64,000 bases of DNA, from the NCBI GenBank assembly GCA_965216215.1, contig CBDCFO010000006.1, positions 89,870 through 153,869 on the forward strand. The letters are read 5' to 3'. A program made the position numbers and the translations under genes. The notes beneath the pieces were generated by a model. It was not told the DNA's origin. It saw only the letters and a program-made list of their open reading frames with translations, and made no database searches. The stretch comes from Bryobacterales bacterium. GTDB lineage: Bacteria; Acidobacteriota; Terriglobia; Bryobacterales; UBA6623. Of the stretch, positions 9,935 to 17,411 are shown one piece after another. How positions within the stretch are numbered: position 1 is the first letter of the stretch; the number at the start of each line of letters is the position of its first letter.

Positions 9935-10221
9935 GTGTTGTTTCCCACAACGATTCGTTGAATCGTCACGATCTTGAATCGGATTGTCTCGTGGCGGATC
10001 GGGTGGGAAAGCGGGTCAATCTGGTACGGAGAGCCGTGTCGTAGGGCGAGAGCGGCGGTCGCGAAGCTGACCAGGCCGGGGCTCAAAGGGAGGCACTGAT
10101 CGCCGTCAGGGGCGGCGTGTGCCGTGGATGGCGGCCGGGGTGCGGATCACGCAGGAACCGGGCCGGCCGCACTGCGATTGCGTTCAGCGAGCCGGCCCGG
10201 TTGAATAGGGTGGCCCGCGCG

Positions 10222-10878
10222 ATGGCAACTCGCCGGGCCGTGGGCGGCGTTATCCAGTTTCTGTACGGCACGGACCTCACCGCCGAGGACTACGTTAAGC
10301 GCCAGGCGTGGTGGGATGCAAGCCCGCCCGAGTGTCCCTACCATCCGCAGGGCGGCTGCGGACTGGTGCCGCACGGGACCTATGGTCGCAAAACCCCGAC
10401 CGGCACGCGGGTGCGGCGGTTCCTGTGCCCGGGATCGGGGCGGACGGTCAGCATGCTGCCGCGCTGCCTGGCGGCGCACTGGTCCGGGACGGTGGCGGAA
10501 GTCGAGCGGGTCGTGCGGGAGGCGGGCAAGGCGCAGAGCCTGGAAGAGGCGGCGAACCGGCTGCGCACGGACCACGTCAGCCTGGCCTCGGCGCTGCGCT
10601 GGGTGCGGCGGCGCGTACAGGCTGTGCGGGCGTTCCTGACGGTAGTGCGCACGATCTGTCCGGAGCGTTTCGGGCAGCTGGAGCCGAGCCTGGAGGCGTT
10701 CGGGGCCACGCTGGGCAGCGCGGCGGTCCTGCCGCGCCTGCGGGTGGTCGCGGAGCAGCGGCTGGGGTCGCTGCCGGCCCCGGTCGGCTTCTTCCGCCAG
10801 TGGCGCAAGGCGGGAATTCGCGGCCCGGCCCACGCCCCACACGCGCATGGTCTGGACCCCCCGCCGCCGACCGCCTAG
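10222..10878 (+). CDS. Hypothetical Cys/His-rich protein (218 aa), transposon gene 1
   Basis: ATG 10222 (MATRRAVGGVIQFLYG...). It has a CPYHPQGGCGLVPHG...RRFLCPGSG putative zinc-ribbon-like segment followed by a helical region. No confident family. Confidence 0.55.
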   Translation: MATRRAVGGVIQFLYGTDLTAEDYVKRQAWWDASPPECPYHPQGGCGLVPHGTYGRKTPTGTRVRRFLCPGSGRTVSMLPRCLAAHWSGTVAEVERVVREAGKAQSLEEAANRLRTDHVSLASALRWVRRRVQAVRAFLTVVRTICPERFGQLEPSLEAFGATLGSAAVLPRLRVVAEQRLGSLPAPVGFFRQWRKAGIRGPAHAPHAHGLDPPPPTA

Positions 10879-10924
10879 CTTGGGGGAACAGGCCGTCCGG
10901 CCACCCTTGCCAGGAGCGATTGCC

Positions 10925-12280
10925 ATGCCCGACATCGAAAACGACCCCCGCCGCGAAGTAGCCCTGTTCCGCTACGGCGTCATTGCGGAACTGCTGTGCC
11001 TGCCCGCCGGGTCGCCCGAGCGCTGGGCGGCCATGCGGGCCAAGGCCGCGCTCGCCCACGCCATTCCCGGCAGCTACCGCACCCGCGTCGCCGTCGAAAC
11101 CATGCGCGACTGGATCGCGCACTACGAGCGAGGCGGCTTCGAAGCGCTCTATCCCAAGCTCCGCGCGGACCGCGGCCGGACGCGGCAGCTGCCGCCCGCA
11201 GTCGCCGAGTTGCTGGTCGGCATCAAGGAGCGCCAGCCGCATCTGTCCGTCCGCGAGGTCATCCTCCAGGCCCGCGCCAGCGTCCCCCGCGAGGTGCTGC
11301 TGGCACCGTCCAGCGTCAACCGCCTGCTCCACCGCGAGGGGCTGATGGAGCGCGCCGACGAGCAGCCCGAGCCCAAGGACCGGCGCCGCTTCGCCTACCG
11401 CCTGGCCTCCGAATTGTGGATGAGCGATGTCATGCACGGCCCCCCGGTCGGCAGCGACAGCGGCGACCGCCGCCGCCGCGCCAAATCCTACTTGATCGCC
11501 TTCATTGATGACGCCACCCGCCTCGTGCCCCACGCCGCCTTCACCCTCTCCGAGAATGCCGCCACGTTCCTGCCCGTCTTCAAGCAGGCCCTCCTCAAGC
11601 GCGGCCTGCCGACTCGCTTGTATGTCGATAACGGCAGCAATTACCGCTGCCAGCACCTGGCCGTGATCTGCGCCACGCTCGGCATCAATTTGATCCATGC
11701 GACCGCTTACCAGCCTCAGGGGAAAGGCAAGATCGAAAGATTTTTCCGCACCTGCAGAGCGCAGCTGCTGCCCGCCTTGGGTGTTGACGACACCCGCAGC
11801 CTCGACGCGCTCAACGCCCGCCTCGCCGCCTGGATCGAGGGCGAGTACCATCTCAGCCCCCACCGCGGCCTCGACGGCAGGACCCCGCTCGAGAGCTGGT
11901 CCCGCAGCGCCTCCAGCGTCCGCCTGGTCGGACCGGAAACCGATCTCGACACGCTTTTCCGCTTCCGCCTCAAGCGCCGCGTCAGCAAGGACCGCACCGT
12001 CAGCCTGCTCGGCACCCTCTACGAGGTCGATGCCGCGCTCGTCGGCGAGAACATCCTCCTGCTGCACGACCCCTCCGTGCCGCGCTCGCGGCCCATCCCG
12101 GTGCTGCATGCGGGCCGCCAGGCCGGCCAGGCGACCCTCCTCGACGCGTATGCCAACACCCGCGTCAAACGCACCCGCGCGACGAACCGCCCCGACCAAG
12201 CCGTCGATCCCGCGCCCGCGCCGCAGCCCTCCCCCCTGCGCCTGCGCGCACTCCGCGCCCCCTGCCAGGAGCACGACTGA
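10925..12280 (+). CDS. DDE transposase, TnsB/MuA/TniA-like (HTH + rve core + Mu-transposase-C-like tail)
   Basis: AGGAG SD before ATG 10925. Candidate DDE triad in YLIAFIDDATR, LYVDNGSNY and QPQGKGKIERFF. The C-terminal DRTVSLLGTLYEVD... resembles the Mu transposase C-terminal barrel. Confidence 0.85.
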   Translation: MPDIENDPRREVALFRYGVIAELLCLPAGSPERWAAMRAKAALAHAIPGSYRTRVAVETMRDWIAHYERGGFEALYPKLRADRGRTRQLPPAVAELLVGIKERQPHLSVREVILQARASVPREVLLAPSSVNRLLHREGLMERADEQPEPKDRRRFAYRLASELWMSDVMHGPPVGSDSGDRRRRAKSYLIAFIDDATRLVPHAAFTLSENAATFLPVFKQALLKRGLPTRLYVDNGSNYRCQHLAVICATLGINLIHATAYQPQGKGKIERFFRTCRAQLLPALGVDDTRSLDALNARLAAWIEGEYHLSPHRGLDGRTPLESWSRSASSVRLVGPETDLDTLFRFRLKRRVSKDRTVSLLGTLYEVDAALVGENILLLHDPSVPRSRPIPVLHAGRQAGQATLLDAYANTRVKRTRATNRPDQAVDPAPAPQPSPLRLRALRAPCQEHD

Positions 12281-13080
12281 TGTACCTGTCCCACTTCGCC
12301 CTCTCCCGCTTCCCCTTCGAGCATGCCGCCCACCCCGACGAGCTGTTCGCCTCCCGCGCCGCCAGCGAGACCGAGACGCGCCTCCAGCATCTGCTCGAAC
12401 TGCGCGGCATCGGCCTGCTCACCGGCGAGGTCGGCTGCGGCAAGACCAGCGTCTGCCGCCGCGTCACCGCCGCCTTGCATCCCGGCCTGCACCGCGTCTA
12501 TTACGTGGCGCTTTCGACCGGATCCGTGCTCGACACCTACCAGGCGATCGCCTGGGAGCTCGGCCTCGCCAGCGTGCGCACCCGCGCCGCCGCCTACCGC
12601 GAGATCCGCACCGAGCTCTCGCGCCTCGTCCGCGAGTGCAAGCAACTCCCCGTGCTCGTCATCGACGAGGCGCACCACCTGCGCAACGACGTGCTCGAGG
12701 ATTTGCGCTTGCTCACCAATTTCCAGATGGACTCCGAGCACCGCCTGTGCCTGCTGCTCGTCGGCCTCACCGAGCTGCGCCGCCGCCTCTCCATGGCCGT
12801 CCACGAATCCCTCGCCCAGCGGCTCGTCGTGCGCCAGCACCTGGCCGGCCTCGACCGCGACGAGCTCGAGCCCTATCTCGCCCACCGCCTCGGCCTGGCC
12901 GGCTGCCAGCTCCCGCTGTTCGCGCCGCCCGCCCAAGAGGCCCTCTTCCAGGTCTCCCGCGGCCTGCCCCGGCAGGTCAACCGCTACGCCCACTACGCCC
13001 TCGTCGCGGCCGCCCTCGACAACGCTCGCACCGTCTCCGGCGAGCATCTCGAGCGCAGTTGCCAGGAGCTGGCCAAGTGA
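12280..13080 (+). CDS. AAA_22 / ExeA / TniB-like ATPase (266 aa)
   Basis: Walker A LLTGEVGCGKTS, Walker B PVLVIDEAHHL and the ExeA-like N-terminus MYLSHFALSRFPF. The start overlaps the transposase stop (TGATG). Confidence 0.85.
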   Translation: MYLSHFALSRFPFEHAAHPDELFASRAASETETRLQHLLELRGIGLLTGEVGCGKTSVCRRVTAALHPGLHRVYYVALSTGSVLDTYQAIAWELGLASVRTRAAAYREIRTELSRLVRECKQLPVLVIDEAHHLRNDVLEDLRLLTNFQMDSEHRLCLLLVGLTELRRRLSMAVHESLAQRLVVRQHLAGLDRDELEPYLAHRLGLAGCQLPLFAPPAQEALFQVSRGLPRQVNRYAHYALVAAALDNARTVSGEHLERSCQELAK

Positions 13081-13997
13081 GCCCCGCGACCGCCACGCCG
13101 CGCTGGACCGCCCGCGCCGACGGCGTCCGCGCGGCCCCGCTCGAACCGCTCGCCGTCCAGCTCGGCTACCGCCCCGACCCGCGCAACCCGGCCCGCTGGA
13201 AACGCCCTGGCTCGGTCCTCAGCATCACCGGCACGCGCTTCTTCGACCACCACCGCGGCGGCGGCGGCGGCGGTGCCATCGACCTCGTCATGCACGCCCG
13301 CGGCTGCCGCTTCCGCGCGGCCGTCGAGTTCCTCGAAAGCTGCCTCGGCCGCCGCCCCGCCCCCGCCGCGCCGCCGCCGGCCAGCCCGTCCGCGCCCCCA
13401 GCCACGCTCGCCAACTTGCAGCTCCCGCCCCGCGACGACCGCCTCTGGCCGCCCGTGCGCGACTTCCTCGTCACCGCCCGCCGCCTCGATCCCGGCCTGC
13501 TCGACCTCTGCCGTCAGGATGGCCTGCTCTACGCCGATCACCGCCGCAACGCCGTCTTCCTCTGCCATGACCCCCGGCGCCAGCCGACCGGTGCCGAGAT
13601 CGTCGGCACCCGCCCCGCTCCCGACGGCCGCACCTTCAAGGGCATGGCTCCCGGCTCCCGCAAGGCCCGCGGCGGCTTCTGGCTGCCCGCGCCCACTGCC
13701 GAGCTCGACGCGCTCTTGCTCGTCGAGAGTGCCCTCGACGCCCTCTCGGCGGTCCGCCTGCTGGCTCCCTCCCTGCCGCCCGACACGCTCGTCGCCTCCA
13801 CCGCCGGCCTTGTCTCCGCTCTCCCCCGCTGGCTGCAAGCCTTCCACGCTCCCCGCACCATCTGCGCCTACGATGCCGACCCTGCCGGCGACCAAGCCGC
13901 CGCCGCCCTCCGCCGCCACACTGCCAACTGCACGCGCCTCCGGCCTGTCGGCGCCAAGGACTGGAACGACTTGCTACGCCGTGCCCCCAGACGCTAG
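13077..13997 (+). CDS. DUF3991 + Toprim domain protein (306 aa)
   Basis: GTG 13077 overlaps the ATPase stop (GTGA). FFDHHRGGGGGGAIDLVMHARGCRFRAAVEFLE is DUF3991-like. LLLVESALDALS ... ICAYDADPAGDQAA is a Toprim E...DxD signature. The upstream part of track ORF 11697-13997 is an artefact. Confidence 0.75.
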   Translation: MSPATATPRWTARADGVRAAPLEPLAVQLGYRPDPRNPARWKRPGSVLSITGTRFFDHHRGGGGGGAIDLVMHARGCRFRAAVEFLESCLGRRPAPAAPPPASPSAPPATLANLQLPPRDDRLWPPVRDFLVTARRLDPGLLDLCRQDGLLYADHRRNAVFLCHDPRRQPTGAEIVGTRPAPDGRTFKGMAPGSRKARGGFWLPAPTAELDALLLVESALDALSAVRLLAPSLPPDTLVASTAGLVSALPRWLQAFHAPRTICAYDADPAGDQAAAALRRHTANCTRLRPVGAKDWNDLLRRAPRR

Positions 13998-14224
13998 CCC
14001 CTCCTCCGCACCGCGATCAACTGCAACATCGCCAGCCCTCGACCCGGCCGCAACACCCCGCCTCTCTCTGCTACTAGAAAACCCCGCCGCCGACCCCCTC
14101 CTCTCACGCGCACCCAACACTCCCCTCAACTCCTTCCTGCAGTAGCGAATCTACTTGAAAAATCTCCGCTTCAACTGCAGAAATAGCGTGGGATTCGCCT
14201 AGCGAAATAGCTTGGGAAACAACA

Positions 14225-14374
14225 CGCGAGGCCCTCCCACATCTGCTCTCCCGCGCCCAGCAGGGGCGCGGCGATGTCGGCCAGCAGGTCCTCCGTCAGG
14301 CTGTCCAGCATGGCCTTGATCGCCCCGGGGTCGTTCGAGTGGATCTGCTGGGCCCGGGTAAGGTCGACCTGCAT
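14225..14374 (-). pseudogene. trbL: trbL/virB6 N-terminal fragment (50 codons) cut by the transposon
   Basis: ATG 14374 gives MQVDLTRAQQIHSNDPGAIKAMLDSLTEDLLADIAAPLLGAGEQMWEGLA. Reading then enters the transposon right end (CCFPSYF...stop at 14171). Confidence 0.75.
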
Positions 14375-14410
14375 TGCGCTGCTCCGCTTGCCTCGAAGGC
14401 GCCTTCCCCG

Positions 14411-15313
14411 CTAGTAGACCGGCAGCTGCGGCGCGGTGAAGGCGTCGTCGGCCCCCGCCGCGTCGTAGCGGGCCATGATCGCGGCGGTGCCGTTGAACGC
14501 CGCCTCGACCCCGGCCACTGCCGCGGCCTGGTGCGCGGCGACGGCCTCGCGCTGGGCGGCCGCTTCCTCGACCGCCAGCTCCTCTTGCAGCGCCGCGAGC
14601 TGCAGCTGCGCCGCCAGCAGGTCGCCGCCGGCCGCGGCGGCGCTGATCTGCTTTTGCTGCAGCGCCGTGGCCGAGACTCCCGGGTCGGCGGCGATGCCCT
14701 CCAGTCTCTGCCGGATGTCCGCAAGCAGTTGCGCGTTGCGCTCGGCCGCCGCGGCCCGCGCGCTCGTGATGGCGTCGAGCCTCGCGATCACATCGGCGCG
14801 CTCCTGCGCTACCCGCGCGCCGATGTCAGCCCGCGTTTCCGCGGGCGGAGCCACCACCGGACTGCCGATCGGAGTCGTCACGGGCGCCGCCGCCCAGGCG
14901 CCGCGGATGTCCGCTTCGGTCGGCAGCGGGGCCAGCAGGCCCGAGGCCAGCTGCGCCGCGCGGGTGCGGACCTGGCCGGCCCGCGTGATCCAGCCCTGGA
15001 CCTGGCCCGGGGCGCCCAGCACGGTGGCTGCGGGGAACATCTGGTTCCAGTTCGCGAGGGCGCCGATGCGCCCCTCGGCGAACAGGAAGGCCTGGGTCAG
15101 CTGCGAATCCAGGGTGTTGATCATGGTCGTGGTGTTGGTGATCAGCGACGCGATGCCCGCGAGCTGGGCGTTGGAAGTGATCGCGTGATGGACGCGCTGC
15201 CCGAAAGCGGCGATGTCGAAGGTGGGGAAGCCCGCGCTGGCGCTGGCCGCCAGCAGTAGGGCGGCCGCGAACGCGCTTGCCAGAGTGCGGCGCTTGCGCC
15301 TGGATTTGGTCAT
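14411..15313 (-). CDS. TrbJ/VirB5-like secreted coiled-coil T4SS protein (300 aa)
   Basis: ATG 15313 with GGAGGA SD, overlapping the virB10 stop (ATGA). Signal peptide MTKSRRKRRTLASAFAAALLLAASASA, then FPTFDIAAFGQRVHHAITSNAQL... and Ala/Gln-rich coiled coil. Position upstream of trbL fits TrbJ. Confidence 0.65.
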   Translation of the reverse strand: MTKSRRKRRTLASAFAAALLLAASASAGFPTFDIAAFGQRVHHAITSNAQLAGIASLITNTTTMINTLDSQLTQAFLFAEGRIGALANWNQMFPAATVLGAPGQVQGWITRAGQVRTRAAQLASGLLAPLPTEADIRGAWAAAPVTTPIGSPVVAPPAETRADIGARVAQERADVIARLDAITSARAAAAERNAQLLADIRQRLEGIAADPGVSATALQQKQISAAAAGGDLLAAQLQLAALQEELAVEEAAAQREAVAAHQAAAVAGVEAAFNGTAAIMARYDAAGADDAFTAPQLPVY

Positions 15314-16581
15314 GGTGTCCTCCTGGAAGTGGAATGCAACTGGAACGCAGGGCGCGGCACCAGCGCGTCGGAAGTGAAGATGACGCGCAGCCTCTGCCCG
15401 GCGCGGATGGTGACTGTCGGCAGCCTGTTCAGGTACCGGTCGAGGATCGTCTCGCCGGCACGGCCCATGCCGGTGCCGGCCCCGGCCCGCGCGCCTTCGC
15501 TGCCGCCCGCGTAGGGCTGGGAGCCGCGCAGCGTGAGTCCGGAGATCACGCCCACGGCGCCGGCCGCCCCGATCGTGGACAGGTAGTGCCGGTTCACGCG
15601 GTCCTGCAGCCCGGACGCCCCGGACTGGTCCAGCCCCCCGAACTCGAGACGGATGTAGCGCCCGTCCGGGAACACGAGGCGGTGGAACGAGACCGCCAGG
15701 CGCGCCTGCTGCCAGTCCCCGACGGCCTCGGCGCGGCCGATCGCGCGGGTGCCGCGAGGGATCAGGATACGCTGGCGGTCCCGGGACCACAGGGGGGCGG
15801 AGACGATGGCAAGCGCGGGACCGGGGAAGTCGCCCCGGAGCTGGGTGGCCAGGACCGCCTCGAGGATCTGGCCCTCGAAGATCCGCTCCCAGCCCGGAGG
15901 GTCGTCCGGCTGCGTCGGTGGCGTCGGAGTCCCGTCGGCCGGCTCGGGCACGCCGGCCTCGCCCGCCAGCCCCTGCAGTTCGGCAAGCTCGCCGGGACCG
16001 GCAACTGCGGCCGGGGCGGGCGCCGTCCTCGCAGCTGCCGGCATGCCCGCCTCCGCGGCGGGGACCCCGGCCGGATCCGCCGCCGGTCGCAGGGAGAACG
16101 CCACCACCGGCGAGGAGAGGGCCTCGTGCTCCCGCCGGATCCGGGCCAGCCGCAGCTCCTCCCTGAGCTGCCGCTCGGGGGTGTCCGGCTCCGGACCGCT
16201 GCCGGGCGAGAGGCCCGGCACGGGCCCCTGCGCGCCGGCCGCCGGCCGCCCGGGCAGGCCTCCGGCGGCAGTGGCCGCCTGCAGGCGCGCCGTTTCGTCT
16301 GCGTTGCGCGCCGCCTGCAGCCGGGCGGCCTGGTCCCTGAGCCGCGCGATGGCCGCCGAGGTCGGCGACACGACCGCCGCGCCCCCCACGGCCTGCTCGT
16401 TGATCGCCGTGTCGGCGGCGGTTTCCCCGGCAGCGCCGGCCTCGCCCTCCTCGTCGCTCGATGGCGAGGTGAGGATGACCAGGGCCATGATCACGGCCCC
16501 GCCAATGATCCCGACCTTGTTGATCACCCCCTTCGGCAGCGTGCCGAGGGGATTGCGCGGCCGCCGGATCCAGCCGCTCAT
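15310..16581 (-). CDS. virB10: VirB10/TrbI (423 aa)
   Basis: ATG 16581 overlaps the virB9 stop (ATGA). N-terminal TM helix, Pro/Ala-rich linker and a TrbI barrel (ILEAVLATQLRGDFPGPALAIVSAPLWSRDRQRILIPRGTRAIG...LVFPDGRYI). Confidence 0.85.
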   Translation of the reverse strand: MSGWIRRPRNPLGTLPKGVINKVGIIGGAVIMALVILTSPSSDEEGEAGAAGETAADTAINEQAVGGAAVVSPTSAAIARLRDQAARLQAARNADETARLQAATAAGGLPGRPAAGAQGPVPGLSPGSGPEPDTPERQLREELRLARIRREHEALSSPVVAFSLRPAADPAGVPAAEAGMPAAARTAPAPAAVAGPGELAELQGLAGEAGVPEPADGTPTPPTQPDDPPGWERIFEGQILEAVLATQLRGDFPGPALAIVSAPLWSRDRQRILIPRGTRAIGRAEAVGDWQQARLAVSFHRLVFPDGRYIRLEFGGLDQSGASGLQDRVNRHYLSTIGAAGAVGVISGLTLRGSQPYAGGSEGARAGAGTGMGRAGETILDRYLNRLPTVTIRAGQRLRVIFTSDALVPRPAFQLHSTSRRTP

Positions 16582-17411
16582 AGCAGCCCCTTGGCCGGCA
16601 GGTAGACCCAGTCCGCCCGCTGTTTTCCGATCTGCAGCCAGCCGTCCCGCAGGACTCGCTGGGCGACGTACAGGCCGTCCGCGGTGAGCTCGTACTCGAC
16701 CAGGCTCGGCTTGCCGTCGCGGGACTCGTAGATCGCCGGCGACTCCGGCGCCGTGCTGCGCAGGTAGGTGTGCCGGCCGTCGTTCCACATCGCCACGACG
16801 CTGAAGGGGTCCCGGCGGGCCTTGGCGTCGAGCCTGTACTCGAACTTCATGGCCCCCGGGTACGCCGACCGGAAGGCCTCCACCTGCTCCTCGATCGTCC
16901 GCTCCGCCGCGGCCCGCGCCCTGGAGGCGTCCTCGATGGCTTCCCGGGCCGCGGCCTCGTAGCCCGCGACCTCGGACGCGGCGACGAAGGCCGGCTGGTG
17001 GACGGGCGAGCCGATCTTGCCCCCGCCGGGATCGGCGGGCTCGCCGACCTCGACGTGCACCACCAGGTCCGGCTCGCCGCCGCCCTCCCGGCACAGGAAC
17101 GAGTAAATGTTACCGCTGCGCGTGACGAGGGCGACATTCGTTTTCTCGCCCTTTGCCTGGGGCTTGAGGTAGGCGATGTTCGCCTCCCCCTTGAGCTGCC
17201 AGAACTCGGTGTCCCCGGCGACGAAGTCGGCGATGAGCTCGTTCGCAGGCAGCGCGATGACCGTGGTGTGCCGCACGGCCGCGCGGATCTCAATGATTTC
17301 GTCGAGCGAGTCCAGCCGCACCCTCCGCGCCTCGGCGCCTCCCGCGACCTGGATCGCGGCCAGCGCCAAGACGGCCGCGAGAACAACTTTCTGCGTCGGA
17401 ACTTTCGTCAT
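16578..17411 (-). CDS. virB9: VirB9/TrbG-like outer-membrane core protein (277 aa)
   Basis: Signal peptide MTKVPTQKVVLAAVLALAAIQVAGGA. N-domain (VRHTTVIALPANELIADFVAGDTEFWQLKGEANIAYLKPQ...) and C-domain (FSVVAMWNDGRHTYLRS...). The start, set by counting 277 residues back from the stop, overlaps the virB4 stop. Confidence 0.8.
   Translation of the reverse strand: MTKVPTQKVVLAAVLALAAIQVAGGAEARRVRLDSLDEIIEIRAAVRHTTVIALPANELIADFVAGDTEFWQLKGEANIAYLKPQAKGEKTNVALVTRSGNIYSFLCREGGGEPDLVVHVEVGEPADPGGGKIGSPVHQPAFVAASEVAGYEAAAREAIEDASRARAAAERTIEEQVEAFRSAYPGAMKFEYRLDAKARRDPFSVVAMWNDGRHTYLRSTAPESPAIYESRDGKPSLVEYELTADGLYVAQRVLRDGWLQIGKQRADWVYLPAKGLL

Larger units (their letters stand above)
9936..14224 (+). 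mobile_element. 4.3-kb transposon (four + strand genes) inserted in trbL
   Basis: Perfect 12-bp terminal IRs TGTTGTTTCCCA (9936-9947) and TGGGAAACAACA (14213-14224). The flanking 4-bp direct repeat CGCG is at 9932-9935 and 14225-14228. The ends have lower GC, with repeated GAATCG/CGAATC hexamers. Confidence 0.85.

Noticed and set aside
10577-12274. 565-aa minus-strand ORF inside the transposon
   Set aside because: It is antisense to the DDE transposase, which has an SD, a DDE triad and a coupled downstream gene. It looks like a GC-driven artefact.
9931-14229. The 5-bp target duplication expected for Tn7/Mu/Tn5053-like elements
   Set aside because: The flanks read CCGCG and CGCGA, so only 4 bp (CGCG) are shared. 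Only the 4-bp model restores the trbL frame.
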